From Rickettsiales bacterium (GTDB lineage: Bacteria > Pseudomonadota > Alphaproteobacteria > Rickettsiales > UBA8987), in contig JAHDCD010000001.1 in the NCBI GenBank assembly GCA_020630095.1, forward strand, positions 133,698-197,697: DNA of 64,000 nucleotides. The letters run 5' to 3'. The notes beneath the pieces were generated by a model, which worked only from the letters and a program-made list of their open reading frames with translations, searched no databases and was not told where the DNA came from. The position numbers were made by a program, and so were the translations under genes. The number at the start of each line of letters is the position of its first letter. Position 1 is the first letter of the stretch. Of the stretch, positions 40,901-50,954 are shown piece by piece.

Positions 40901-42577
40901 TCAGGTCCTAATTCTATCTTTATTTAAATCAAAATAGACTCTAGTACCTTCACCTTTTGAGGATTTAATTTTTAACTCAGAGCCATGCAATTCAACAAAG
41001 ACCTTACACATAGGTAAGCCTAAACCTGTACCGCCTTTAGCAAGTTCAGAATGTACCTGACCAAAGGTAGATAACGCCTTTGGAATATCGGCTTCATCCA
41101 TACCTATACCGGTATCAGAAACCATTATACGAATCTTTCCATTCTCTCTTCTATAAATATCTAACTTAATTATTCCTTCAGATGGCGTATATTTATCTGC
41201 ATTAGAAATTAAATTAATTAGAACCTGTTTAATCCTACGAGAATCTACTTTAACTTTAGGTAAATCGGGCTCAATTTCATCGATAATTCTAGCTTTATCT
41301 TTAGAGTCATTATTAGTAAAGCTACCTAAAGATTCATGCACAATATCGTTTAAATCAACGATAGATTCTTGAATATCAAGCTTACCAGCCTCCCCCTTGG
41401 AAAATTCCAATATATCTGTAACTAAACTTAATAAATGATGCCCCGAATCATTTATATCAATAATCCGCTCTTCTTGCTTTTCATTGATATCACCAAAGAA
41501 CCTACCTTTAAGCATATCTGAAAAACCTATTATAGCATTTAAAGGAGTCCTAAGTTCGTGACTCATATTAGCTAAAAATTCACTCTTTGACTGACTAGCG
41601 GCAATTGCACCTAGCTCGGCTTTTTTAGCTTCTTCAGTTTTTCTATTTAGAATTAAAGCAAATAAACCAATAATTGCTGCAAATAACGCAAATATAAGGA
41701 AAAATAGAATATCTAACATTCTGTTTTCACGCCACTCGGAATAAATATCACCATCATCAACGAATATTGCAACATCAACACCTATCGATTCAATATTTTG
41801 CAATGCAATCACCCCCTCTTCAATTGCAAACGGGTTTGCGATTGCTTTTGCCAAGCCGCCTTTTTCAAAAAGATGCTTAGTTTGCTTAATTATATTAGGA
41901 TTCTCAATTGTAGATATAAGTGCATTCGTATTCTTACGCATTAAGTGAATTTTTTTACTTTCAAAGCTTGAATCAATAGATTTAAAGAAATCAAATATAT
42001 AGGAAGCATCAACAAATGTTGCAACTACACCATTAAATGAACCGTCCACACCTATAGACTCGCGCGAGAGAACAAAATAAACCTTCCCGCCAGCCTCATA
42101 TAAAAAGATTTCCAATTTATTTTCATAAGACTCAACATGATTTGAAAAGAACGGATATTTTGCTACAGAAGCATTGTATTTCAAGCCAATTTCATCACCA
42201 GTTTTCTCAAAGAAAGACTTAACAAGCCCTTCTTCATTAATAACCATCAATGCCGCTATTTGTGGTATTTCTTCACTCCACATTTTTAGGCTATTTTGAA
42301 CATCTAGATAGATTGTATTGCCAAAAAGCTCATTAACATATTGTTTTTGCTGAACTCTCTTTAGTGTCATATCCGAGGCCAAAAGGATGATCTCAATATG
42401 ATCTGACGTCATATTAGTAATCTGTGAAACCTCACGATTACCCTCAGATGCCGCTTCATTATAACCTGCTGAGGCACGAAAAATAACAAACAATAAATTG
42501 ATTAATAAAATAAAAATCAGCGCTATAATAATAACGCTCGATGTTTGTTTAGAAGTTATTTTAATAAATTTTAGCAC
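40901..42577 (-). CDS. sensor histidine kinase (periplasmic sensor domain, HisKA, HATPase_c)
   Basis: FLANMSHELRTPLNAI H-box, NLISNADKYT N-box, DTGIGM, GTGLGLPMC. Confidence 0.88.
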   Translation of the reverse strand: MLKFIKITSKQTSSVIIIALIFILLINLLFVIFRASAGYNEAASEGNREVSQITNMTSDHIEIILLASDMTLKRVQQKQYVNELFGNTIYLDVQNSLKMWSEEIPQIAALMVINEEGLVKSFFEKTGDEIGLKYNASVAKYPFFSNHVESYENKLEIFLYEAGGKVYFVLSRESIGVDGSFNGVVATFVDASYIFDFFKSIDSSFESKKIHLMRKNTNALISTIENPNIIKQTKHLFEKGGLAKAIANPFAIEEGVIALQNIESIGVDVAIFVDDGDIYSEWRENRMLDILFFLIFALFAAIIGLFALILNRKTEEAKKAELGAIAASQSKSEFLANMSHELRTPLNAIIGFSDMLKGRFFGDINEKQEERIIDINDSGHHLLSLVTDILEFSKGEAGKLDIQESIVDLNDIVHESLGSFTNNDSKDKARIIDEIEPDLPKVKVDSRRIKQVLINLISNADKYTPSEGIIKLDIYRRENGKIRIMVSDTGIGMDEADIPKALSTFGQVHSELAKGGTGLGLPMCKVFVELHGSELKIKSSKGEGTRVYFDLNKDRIRT

Positions 42578-42583
42578 TTACTC

Positions 42584-43324
42584 CTAAGCTATCACTCCAG
42601 TAACACAACTCCAGTAGTTTTTTGGTAAGCTTTTTTGAATCTTTAAAGCATCTAGCTGATTATCAAAAATAGCAAAGCACGTAGCACCTGAACCAGACAT
42701 TCCATAACGCTTGTTTTTAGATAGTAAATTCAATAAATTTTCTATCTCAGGTTCAACTTCACATGCAAATTTAGTTAAATGATTCTCACCTTCTAACTCG
42801 CTCAATCTAACTTTTTTAAAAACATCTACAGTAGATACATGAACATTCGGATTAACTAATAAAATATAGCACTTAATAAACTCATCTAACAATTTAATTT
42901 GCTCACCTATTCCACTGAATATTAAAGGCTTTGAATATACACATGCCGGAACATCCGCCCCTAGCTCTAATCCAATTTCACAAAGCTCTTTTTTACTTAA
43001 GTTTAAATTATATTGCTTATTAAACCAATTAAGCGCTACCGCGGCATCCGCCGAACCACCGCCTAATCCTGCACCTACAGGTATATTTTTCTTTAAATTA
43101 TAGGTGGTTTTAGCTTTTATATTAAACTTAGATTTCATCAAGAATATAGCCTTATCAACTATATTATCCTCAATATGACCACCCTGCCCGTTATCTCCAA
43201 CAAAGAATTCTATCTCATCATATAAATCAGAGGCAAATACGCACAAGCTCTCGAGTTCATGATAACCATTTGGTAATTTCCCACGAATATATAGGTTAAG
43301 GTTTATTTTTGCGTGAGCTTTCAC
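42584..43324 (-). CDS. ispE: 4-diphosphocytidyl-2-C-methyl-D-erythritol kinase
   Basis: AKINLNLYI, PVGAGLGGGSADAA GHMP-kinase motif. Confidence 0.85.
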   Translation of the reverse strand: MKAHAKINLNLYIRGKLPNGYHELESLCVFASDLYDEIEFFVGDNGQGGHIEDNIVDKAIFLMKSKFNIKAKTTYNLKKNIPVGAGLGGGSADAAVALNWFNKQYNLNLSKKELCEIGLELGADVPACVYSKPLIFSGIGEQIKLLDEFIKCYILLVNPNVHVSTVDVFKKVRLSELEGENHLTKFACEVEPEIENLLNLLSKNKRYGMSGSGATCFAIFDNQLDALKIQKSLPKNYWSCVTGVIA

Positions 43325-43360
43325 TTTACTTTTTAAACTACAATATTAACTATACTAGCT

Positions 43361-45115
43361 ATGCCAATTTATAATGCACCATTAGATGACTTTAAATTCG
43401 CCCTTAATGAATGGATAGGGATAGAGAAATATTCTCATATCAAAGGATATGAGGACGCATCTATCATGGAACCTTTAATGGAAGAAGGTGCGCGCTACTG
43501 CGAAGAGGTGCTTTTCCCAATCAACCAATCCGGTGACGAAGAAGGTTTAAAATTAGAAAGTGGTAAAGTTACGCTACCTAACGGCTTTGTAGACGCTTAT
43601 AAAACTTATGTTGAATCTGGCTGGCCATCATTTGCCTGCGTTGAAGAATATGGGGGGCAGGGTCTACCCAACCTATACAACACACCATTCATGGAAATGG
43701 TATGCTCATCAAACTTATCATTTGGTTTACTACCTGGTTTATCGCATGGCGCATACTCAGCATTAAATATATTTGGCAATCAAGACCAAAAAGAAAAATA
43801 CCTAACTAAGTTAATTTCCGGCGAATGGACTGGCATAATGTGCTTAACCGAACCCGGCGCAGGAACGGACTTAGGCTTAATGACCACAAAAGCAGAACCT
43901 CAAGATGATGGTACATATAAAATTACCGGTTCAAAAATATTTATATCATTTGGTGAACATGATGCCGCAGAAAATATAGTACACTTAGTACTAGCACGCT
44001 TACCGGATGCCCCAGAAGGTGTGCGCGGTATATCTTTGTTCGTAACAACCCGTAACGAATTTGATGATAATGGTGTAACCGGTGAACGTAGAAAAGAAAT
44101 TGAATGCGGTGCAATTGAACATAAAATGGGCATCCATGCATCACCAACATGTGTAATGAATTACGATGGCGCATTTGCTAGGCTTGTTGGTGAGCCTAAT
44201 AAAGGCTTAAAAGCAATGTTCGTAATGATGAACGAGGCACGCCTACTTGTTGGTTTGCAAGGCTTGGGGATATCTGAAGTAGCATACCAGAATGCATTAG
44301 CCTACGCTGAAGAGCGTTTACAAGGTCGCGCACTAAAAGGCGCAGTGCTTCCAAACAAAAAGGCAGACCCTATAACGGCTCACCCAGATGTACGTAGAAT
44401 GTTACTTACTATGCGCTCGTTAGTTGAAGGGAATCGTATCCTAGCAATGTGGACATATTTAAACATTGATATCGCCCACCATGCAACGGACGAAAAAGAA
44501 AAACAAAAAGCGGATGATTTTGTGCAATTCATAACGCCTGTGGTAAAATCATTCCTAACAGAAATGGGCACTTACGTTGCCAACCTAGCAATTCAAGTGC
44601 ATGGCGGTTATGGCTATATTAAGGAATATGGCGTAGAGCAATATTTGCGCGATTGTAGAATTACCGAAATTTACGAAGGTACAAACGGCGTACAAGCGCT
44701 TGACCTTGTAGGTAGAAAATTACCTGCAAATACAGGAAGGTACTTAAGAGGCTTCACCCATGAGATTGATCAATTTATCTCTGACAATAGAGATGACGAA
44801 AACATGGCTGAGTTTACTAAGCCATTATACCAAGTATTAAAGTCGCTTCAGCAAGCATCTTTATGGATTGCACAAAAAGGTATGGCAAATCCAGATGAGG
44901 CCGCTGGTGCATCGTCTGACTATTTACGTTTAGTAGCCCTTACCGCGCTTGCATATATTTGGGCTAAATCGGCAAAAATATCTTTGGATAAGAAGGATCA
45001 AGATTTCTACGCAACAAAAATCAAAACCGCGAGGTTCTATATGCATAAAATCTTACCTGAACATTTCTCATTATTAGCTAAGCTAACTTCTGGTGTTAAG
45101 TATTTAGAGTTATAA
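43361..45115 (+). CDS. long-form acyl-CoA dehydrogenase
   Basis: CLTEPGAGTDL, FISFGEHD, IYEGTNGVQALDLVGRK, extended C-terminal domain. Confidence 0.85.
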   Translation: MPIYNAPLDDFKFALNEWIGIEKYSHIKGYEDASIMEPLMEEGARYCEEVLFPINQSGDEEGLKLESGKVTLPNGFVDAYKTYVESGWPSFACVEEYGGQGLPNLYNTPFMEMVCSSNLSFGLLPGLSHGAYSALNIFGNQDQKEKYLTKLISGEWTGIMCLTEPGAGTDLGLMTTKAEPQDDGTYKITGSKIFISFGEHDAAENIVHLVLARLPDAPEGVRGISLFVTTRNEFDDNGVTGERRKEIECGAIEHKMGIHASPTCVMNYDGAFARLVGEPNKGLKAMFVMMNEARLLVGLQGLGISEVAYQNALAYAEERLQGRALKGAVLPNKKADPITAHPDVRRMLLTMRSLVEGNRILAMWTYLNIDIAHHATDEKEKQKADDFVQFITPVVKSFLTEMGTYVANLAIQVHGGYGYIKEYGVEQYLRDCRITEIYEGTNGVQALDLVGRKLPANTGRYLRGFTHEIDQFISDNRDDENMAEFTKPLYQVLKSLQQASLWIAQKGMANPDEAAGASSDYLRLVALTALAYIWAKSAKISLDKKDQDFYATKIKTARFYMHKILPEHFSLLAKLTSGVKYLEL

Positions 45116-45119
45116 ATTG

Positions 45120-45135
45120 TTAACGCTTTGTTAAC
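45120..45135 (+). promoter_or_regulatory. CtrA-type box, perfect on both strands (TGTTAAC-GCTT-TGTTAAC)
   Basis: TTAA-CGCTTTG-TTAAC, 10 nt, TAATAT, 6 nt, ATG (45158). Confidence 0.7.
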
Positions 45136-45157
45136 TAACTTTTGCTAATATGCATCG

Positions 45158-45433
45158 ATGAGTACAAAAGACATATTAGTTTCTGTGGTTGCTGTTATTC
45201 CGCCATTAATTGTAGCTTTAGAGCTGAGTAATGCCCTTGATAAGGATGGAAAATCAAATGCACCTCATATCCCAGAGGCCAAAGTTCAAACGGCAAGTGA
45301 AAAAGAAATTGCCGTCATGAAAGAGAGGGAGAGGTCTTTTGAAGAAGCTGTTGAAAAGCAAAGAGAAAAATGGCAAGATAGAGAGTCTAAAAGTAGCAAT
45401 TCAGCAGGCGCTCCATCGGGTTTTGGCAGATAA
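45158..45433 (+). CDS. 91-aa ORFan with N-terminal TM/signal anchor
   Basis: ILVSVVAVIPPLIVAL hydrophobic N-terminus, charged tail. Dedicated box/-10 promoter. Confidence 0.5.
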   Translation: MSTKDILVSVVAVIPPLIVALELSNALDKDGKSNAPHIPEAKVQTASEKEIAVMKERERSFEEAVEKQREKWQDRESKSSNSAGAPSGFGR

Positions 45434-45471
45434 TTTGTAATATTTTTTTATAATCATAAGAATAATAGTTT

Positions 45472-46047
45472 ATGAGAAATTTAATTCTTACACTAATTTT
45501 ATTATTAACCCCTTTGAAATCTGAAGCAGTAAATATTAAGAAAGCCTATTTTGCCGCGGGCTGTTTCTGGTGTATCCAACCTGTATACGATAGCCTAGAT
45601 GGCGTAATTGAAACATCTGTTGGTTATGCAGGCATTACCGGTAACGAAACAGTAGAGGCAAATTATAAAAATATAACAACAGGCACTTCAGGCTACCTAG
45701 AAGCTATTGAGGTAACCTACAATCCAAGCGAAGTTTCATACTCAACTTTATTAGAAAATCTTTGGCTTAATATAGACCCTTACGATAAATATGGGCAATT
45801 CGCCGATAAAGGAGAGCAGTATCAAAGTGCTATAATTTATAATACCGAGCAAGAAAAGGTAGAAGCCTTAGAATCTGCTAAGAAGTTAGAAATTGCTGAT
45901 TACGAAACTAGGATTTTAGAATTTAAGAGCTTCTTTGATGCCGAAGAATATCATCAAGACTATTATAAAAAGAATCCAATGCGCTACAATATGTACAAGT
46001 ATGGTTCCGGCCGCCTACAACGCTTAAAACAATTATGGAATAAATAA
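45472..46047 (+). CDS. msrA: peptide methionine (S)-sulfoxide reductase MsrA
   Basis: AAGCFWC active site, HQDYY. Confidence 0.9.
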   Translation: MRNLILTLILLLTPLKSEAVNIKKAYFAAGCFWCIQPVYDSLDGVIETSVGYAGITGNETVEANYKNITTGTSGYLEAIEVTYNPSEVSYSTLLENLWLNIDPYDKYGQFADKGEQYQSAIIYNTEQEKVEALESAKKLEIADYETRILEFKSFFDAEEYHQDYYKKNPMRYNMYKYGSGRLQRLKQLWNK

Positions 46048-46566
46048 TTACTCAGCCTCTTTAAACTCTAAAGCAACGCCGTTGGTACAAAAACGTTTAC
46101 CCGTTGAATGCTTAGGGCCATCGTCAAATACATGACCTAAATGCGCGCCACATGTGGCACAATGAAATTCAACCCTTTCATAACCTAATTTAAAATCTAC
46201 TGAAGTATTAACTGAACCTTCTATAGCATCATCAAAAGATGGCCAACCAGTGCCGGAGTCAAACTTAGTTCCAGACTCAAACAAATGCTCACCACACGCG
46301 GCACAATTATAATGCCCCGTTCTTTTCTCCTCATTTAATGGTGAAGTGAATGCACGCTCAGTTCCCTGTTCAAACATAACTTCATAAGCCTGAGGTGATA
46401 GTTTATCTTTATACTTTTCAGATCCTGTCATTTTTATAAACCTATTTCCCGCTTCAGTTTCTACATAGCCAGTTTTTATAACCTTAATTTTCTCTTCCTT
46501 TTGAAAAAAGAAAAAGTACGAAAACCCGCTTGCAATAAGCACTATTATAATAAATATTAATTTCAT
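46048..46566 (-). CDS. msrB: peptide methionine (R)-sulfoxide reductase MsrB (membrane-anchored)
   Basis: CAACGEHLF...HCATCGAHLGHVFDDGP...RFCTNG SelR motifs. N-terminal TM. Confidence 0.9.
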   Translation of the reverse strand: MKLIFIIIVLIASGFSYFFFFQKEEKIKVIKTGYVETEAGNRFIKMTGSEKYKDKLSPQAYEVMFEQGTERAFTSPLNEEKRTGHYNCAACGEHLFESGTKFDSGTGWPSFDDAIEGSVNTSVDFKLGYERVEFHCATCGAHLGHVFDDGPKHSTGKRFCTNGVALEFKEAE

Positions 46567-46581
46567 TAATTTTTAACTATC

Positions 46582-47427
46582 ATGATAATAGACGGTAAGG
46601 CAATATCTAATAAGCTAATTAGCAATCTTGAGAAGGAAGTTGCAACTCTACCTTCAAAACCCGGCTTAGCTGTTGTTCTTGTAGGCGAAGACCCTGCAAG
46701 TAAGGTTTACGTATCTAATAAAATTAAGAAAACCGAAAAAATTGGTATGAATAGCTTTGGCCACTTTATGCCAGAATCTACCACAGAAGAAGATTTACTA
46801 GCTAAAGTAGATGAGCTAAATAAAGACGATTCTGTACACGGCATTTTAGTGCAATTACCACTACCTAAGCACATCAAAGAAGAAGCTATTATAGACAGAG
46901 TATCTCCGGAAAAAGATGTTGATGGCTTCCACGTTGTAAATTCTGGTAAACTATTCTGCGGACTAACAAATACCGCACTTGTACCATGTACGCCATCTGG
47001 CTGTGTAATACTTGCCAAAGAAGCCTTAGGCGATAATTTATCTGGTAACCATGTTGTGGTTATTGGTCGCTCAAATATTGTTGGTAAGCCAGCTGCACAA
47101 CTATTCCTTCAAGAAAATTGCACTGTAACGATTGCTCATTCAAGAACACGCAACTTAGAAGAAATCTGTAAACAAGCAGATATTCTAGTACCTGCAATCG
47201 GTAGAGCAAACTTTATCGGCATAGAACATGTAAAACAAGGCGCCACAATTATTGATGTAGGCATTAACCGCAACGAAGAAGGCAAACTATGCGGGGACGT
47301 TAACTTTGAAGAAGTAAAAGATATCGCAAGTCATATATCCCCCGTACCAGGTGGAGTTGGCCCAATGACTATCGCTTGTTTATTGAAAAATACAGTTAGA
47401 GCTTATAGAAATATTAATAATGTCTGA
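46582..47427 (+). CDS. folD: methylenetetrahydrofolate dehydrogenase / methenyl-THF cyclohydrolase
   Basis: VLVGEDPASKVYV, GILVQLPLP, PVPGGVGPMT. Confidence 0.95.
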   Translation: MIIDGKAISNKLISNLEKEVATLPSKPGLAVVLVGEDPASKVYVSNKIKKTEKIGMNSFGHFMPESTTEEDLLAKVDELNKDDSVHGILVQLPLPKHIKEEAIIDRVSPEKDVDGFHVVNSGKLFCGLTNTALVPCTPSGCVILAKEALGDNLSGNHVVVIGRSNIVGKPAAQLFLQENCTVTIAHSRTRNLEEICKQADILVPAIGRANFIGIEHVKQGATIIDVGINRNEEGKLCGDVNFEEVKDIASHISPVPGGVGPMTIACLLKNTVRAYRNINNV

Positions 47428-48034
47428 CGAAAAGAAAAAATACTCTACCTCAGATGTACTAGAAAATCTTGTAATTGAAACTAAGCAGCAAGATAAAGTT
47501 TCAATTGGCGAGCTTAAAATGCTCTTAAAGGATAGAGGGTTCGATATCTTAATGATAATCGCTGCACTACCAATGTGCATACCTATTCCTGTACCTCCAG
47601 GTTACACAACATTCTTTTCAATCCCTTTATTTATATTCGCATGGCAAATGTTAATGGGATCACGCAGTGTATGGTTACCCAAATGGATAAATAAAAAAGA
47701 AATTAAACGTACTACAGCCGGTTTGCTGGTAGAAAAAGCCAGCCCTAGCCTTCGCTTTATTGAGCGCTTCTCAAGGCCTCGGGCGTTATGGATGCTTAGT
47801 AAACAAACAAGGCGAATACTGGGATTCATAGTAATGGTACTAACAGTATCTATTGCCCTACCCTTACCACTAACAAACCTGCTTCCGGCATGGGGCATAG
47901 TAATTATGTGCATAGGCTCTTTAAACCGCGATGGCTTACTAAGCTTAATCGGGGTACTTATTGGAATTGCAGGCGTGGCCGTTACCCTTTTGGTCCTTTA
48001 TGGTGGCGTTGAGTTAATAAATTCAATTTTTTAA
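47420..48034 (+). CDS. exoD: ExoD-family membrane protein
   Basis: RGFDILMIIAALPMCIPIPVPPGYTTFFSIPL matches my recollection of the ExoD family. 4 TM segments. Confidence 0.7.
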   Translation: MSDEKKKYSTSDVLENLVIETKQQDKVSIGELKMLLKDRGFDILMIIAALPMCIPIPVPPGYTTFFSIPLFIFAWQMLMGSRSVWLPKWINKKEIKRTTAGLLVEKASPSLRFIERFSRPRALWMLSKQTRRILGFIVMVLTVSIALPLPLTNLLPAWGIVIMCIGSLNRDGLLSLIGVLIGIAGVAVTLLVLYGGVELINSIF

Positions 48035-48046
48035 CGTTTTTTTAAC
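48031..48046 (+). promoter_or_regulatory. CtrA-type box (overlaps the exoD stop codon)
   Basis: TTAA-CGTTTTT-TTAAC, 10 nt, GATAAT, 6 nt, ATG (48069). Confidence 0.65.
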
Positions 48047-48068
48047 AATTTTATAAGATAATAAGCCT

Positions 48069-49355
48069 ATGTCTAACTACACAGATATAAGCAAGCTAAA
48101 GTTAATTCCTTTAAGAGGTGCCTTTCCAGAAAATGTACTAAAACTTACTTGGAATGAAATTCTTCAAACCTTTAATCCAACTCTATCTACTGAAAATTTT
48201 CAAGCCAGAGCTAAGGATAATAATGACATGGTTGACCTAGAAGCCTTAGTTATAGATATTAATGGTCGTGAAATAAACATATTTAAGAGAGCAAAGAGTG
48301 ATCCTCAAATTCAAGGTATTAACGAAAATCAAGTAATTATTTACATTACAGAATCTGATAGAGATCATATTTTAGAGAACACACACTCTGTAGAAAACTT
48401 TACTAGAATAGACTTTTCGGGGAAAAGAGGAAAGGTAACTGAGGGTATGCATTCACTTAAAAATGCCATTAGAGAGCAAATTCCTGAACAAAGAAATGAA
48501 TCCCCAATCTATACATTTAAAGAGGAAGGGCAAGCAACGAAAAAACTAAGAAAATTTAAATTTAAATTTGAAGGAAAAATTTACAACTATTACAATACAC
48601 AGGCTCAAGATAAAGAAACTTTATTTGCTAATGCTCACTTTGAAGCTGAACAGGCTAACGAAATAGAAGGAAAAATAGCCGAAATAGATTCACCTAAAGA
48701 AAGCAATGGTAAGAAAAGCGAGGCTTCACATAACGATGAAAAAATTATTCCGGCTTCAAAAATAATAAAACAACCCCAAAAAGTACGTTTTCACTTCTTA
48801 AATATCCTTGCGAATAGTGCAATTAAAAGAGATAGCGAGGGCGTGAAAAATCCAGATTATGGCTCAGGAAAATATTCTCAATGTTATTTTATTACCAATG
48901 AAGGAGCACAAATAGCCTTTACCGCTAAATTAAATCAAACAAAAAGGGCTTTAATATACATAAAAGAAAGTCAACAAAGCGATTTCCTTTCTCTCTATGA
49001 AGCTTATGAAGAGGCCTTCACAAAAGAGGGAGATGGCATAAGGAAAGAAAATGCAAATAGACGTAAGTATAATCTTAACCCTGAAAACGCCGATGAAAAA
49101 ACACTTATCACGGATGAAGAAAAAATAGCACGATGTAAAAGGGCTGGAATGAATGGCTTACTAGGAGAAATAGATAAAGAGGCAACTTCAGCATATAAAA
49201 AAACCAATGATATCCGCGACATACCGAGCAACAGTAAACCTAAGTTGCAAAAAGAGGGTGTTCAAATAGTCGCCAAAGCACCGGCAAAACCCTCTCAACA
49301 GCCAACAAGAGTTGTTGAAGCTCCAAAAACTGAAAATCAACTACAACAAGGCTAA
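48069..49355 (+). CDS. 428-aa Lys-rich ORFan
   Basis: No recognisable domain. C-terminal AKAPAKPSQQPTRVVEAPK low-complexity tail. Dedicated box/-10 promoter. Confidence 0.6.
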   Translation: MSNYTDISKLKLIPLRGAFPENVLKLTWNEILQTFNPTLSTENFQARAKDNNDMVDLEALVIDINGREINIFKRAKSDPQIQGINENQVIIYITESDRDHILENTHSVENFTRIDFSGKRGKVTEGMHSLKNAIREQIPEQRNESPIYTFKEEGQATKKLRKFKFKFEGKIYNYYNTQAQDKETLFANAHFEAEQANEIEGKIAEIDSPKESNGKKSEASHNDEKIIPASKIIKQPQKVRFHFLNILANSAIKRDSEGVKNPDYGSGKYSQCYFITNEGAQIAFTAKLNQTKRALIYIKESQQSDFLSLYEAYEEAFTKEGDGIRKENANRRKYNLNPENADEKTLITDEEKIARCKRAGMNGLLGEIDKEATSAYKKTNDIRDIPSNSKPKLQKEGVQIVAKAPAKPSQQPTRVVEAPKTENQLQQG

Positions 49356-49385
49356 TATCTTAGAGTTTTCGAATTATTTTTTAAA

Positions 49386-49401
49386 TTAACTTAAAGTTAA
49401 C
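49386..49401 (+). promoter_or_regulatory. CtrA-type box
   Basis: TTAA-CTTAAAG-TTAAC, about 130 nt upstream of ORF 49531. No good -10 at the +10 position. Confidence 0.45.
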
Positions 49402-49530
49402 TAATTACAACCTAAGCGTGCTTGTACAAAGTACAGTTTTAAGTTATATACTTAAAGCTTTTTAATTTTTTATAAAACCAAAAAAGTAACCAAGTTTTTT
49501 TATTATTTTAACCACTTAGGGGTATCGGTT

Positions 49531-49731
49531 ATGAAAAGGGTAATTATGTTAACGGCACTAGCGTGCCTTGTTCAGTCTTGCACAGATGCGGATTCGTATC
49601 AGCAATCACTTAATCCAAATTATACAATTGTGGAATCTTATCCACAGAACGTATATTATGTTTCTGAAGAGGAGCGTTTATTCAATTCTCAAGCAGATGA
49701 AATGCAATTAAGTTACTATAATTGGTATTAA
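49531..49731 (+). CDS. 66-aa putative small secreted/lipoprotein
   Basis: Signal-like MKRVIMLTALACLVQSC with Cys. Followed by a hairpin terminator. Confidence 0.4.
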   Translation: MKRVIMLTALACLVQSCTDADSYQQSLNPNYTIVESYPQNVYYVSEEERLFNSQADEMQLSYYNWY

Positions 49732-49789
49732 TACACTAATTATAAAAAAACTTCTTGCGAAGTACCGCTTGGATATACTATAAAACTGA

Positions 49790-49825
49790 AATCCGTTTTG
49801 TATGACGGATTATTATATTTTTAAT
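49790..49825 (+). terminator. terminator-like hairpin
   Basis: aatccgt tttgtatg acggatt followed by a T-rich tract. Confidence 0.45.
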
Positions 49826-50033
49826 GCGGGTAGTTGGCTGCCCCGCCGCGAGTAGCGGCAATTAAATAATCACTCAGCCATTTATACAATGAGTGTTATT
49901 TTATTTTTTAAATTATCTCTACGGAATAATTTATTAACGCGGGTAGTTGGCTGAGTGCCCCGCGCCGTACAGGCGCAATCGAATAGTTCGAGCACTCAGA
50001 CAACTTTTTGTTGTTTTATATTATCTTAAATGC
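49821..50033 (+). repeat. two diverged tandem units each beginning with a copy of the tRNA-Ser 5' end
   Basis: atgcgggtagttggctg at 49824-49840 and gcgggtagttggctgagtg at 49939-49957 match the tRNA 5' region (50032 onward). Each is followed by CCCCG plus a GC mini-hairpin (GCCGC-GAGTA-GCGGC, GCGCC-GTACA-GGCGC) and a cactcag segment. Confidence 0.8.
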
Positions 50034-50123
50034 GGGTAGTTGGCTGAGTGGTCGAAAGCACTAGTCTTGAAAACTAGCGAGGGGGCAACTCCTCCGGGGG
50101 TTCGAATCCCTCACTGCCCGCCA
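50034..50123 (+). tRNA. tRNA-Ser (UGA anticodon), long variable arm, CCA encoded
   Basis: Manual fold: GGGTAGT TG GCT GAGTGGTCGAA AGC A CTAGT CTTGAAA ACTAG (18-nt variable arm) GGGGG TTCGAAT CCCTC ACTGCCC G CCA. Confidence 0.9.
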
Positions 50124-50236
50124 TTTTCTCTTCCACTAACATCCTATAAAGTCCATTAAATCCTTGTATATCAACGGCTACATCATTTTCTCTGTCCATA
50201 GAGGTTTACTATTGTCCAGTGACATCTAGTATAAAT

Positions 50237-50283
50237 GAGGGGTAAAATGGAGGGGTAAAATTACCCACTATATTTTTTACCCT
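50237..50283 (+). repeat. cluster of GGGTAAAA motifs just upstream of the integrase remnant
   Basis: gaggggtaaaat twice in tandem (50237-50248, 50250-50261), the palindrome gggtaaaattaccc, and an inverted copy attttttaccct (50272-50283). Confidence 0.7.
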
Positions 50284-50297
50284 TCATTTATTAGAAA

Positions 50298-50876
50298 ATG
50301 AAGCTAACGGACATTAAAATAAAATCTATTAAACCACCTATAGATAAAGCAAAGGAATCTTATGTAGATGGAGACGGCTTGCGTTTGATTGTAACTAACA
50401 AAGGCGGTAAATACTGGGAGTTTCGATATACCTACAACAACAAGCCAGACTCGCTTAATCTTGGTAAATATCCACATATTAGCCTTGCAGATGCACGAGA
50501 GAAGCGAAATGAGTTTAAAAAGCAGCTTGCTCACGGTGTAGACATTAAAGCCAATATTAGACAAGAGAAGCAATCTAAAGCTCTATCTGATGCTATTACC
50601 TTTGAAGTTATCGCTAGAGAGTGGCACGAGAAGAAACGCGAAGAATGGACAGAAAGGCACTCTAAATACGTTCTAAGACGCTTAGAAGCCGATTTATTCC
50701 CTGCTATTGGTTCAATGCCCATTAATACAATTACTACCGTAGACTTCTTAAACGCTCTTAGGGTAGTAGAAAAGCGAGGTGCATACGATATTACAAAGCG
50801 TATGCGTCAGACAGGTGGGCAGATATTCCGCTACGCTGTTGCAACTGGTAGAGCCGAGCGAGATAGCCAACTGTAA
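50298..50876 (+). pseudogene. int: truncated P4-type tyrosine integrase (N-terminal arm-binding and SAM-like domains only)
   Basis: LTDIKIKSIKP...DGDGLRLIVTNKGGKYWEFRY...LGKYPHISLADAREKR is DUF4102-like. Ends at 192 aa before any R..HxxR..Y catalytic domain. 175 nt downstream of tRNA-Ser. Confidence 0.8.
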
Positions 50877-50954
50877 TACCAAGGGGGCTTGCCCCGTGGA
50901 TCGTTTACTATAATATTTGTTGCATCTCGTTACTATCAGTTTTAGGAGTTTATT

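Noticed and set aside
43333-43350. TTAA-N9-TTAAC upstream of the acyl-CoA dehydrogenase gene
   Set aside because: Wrong spacing (N9), and the TTAAC directly abuts the putative -10. Probably a chance AT-rich match.
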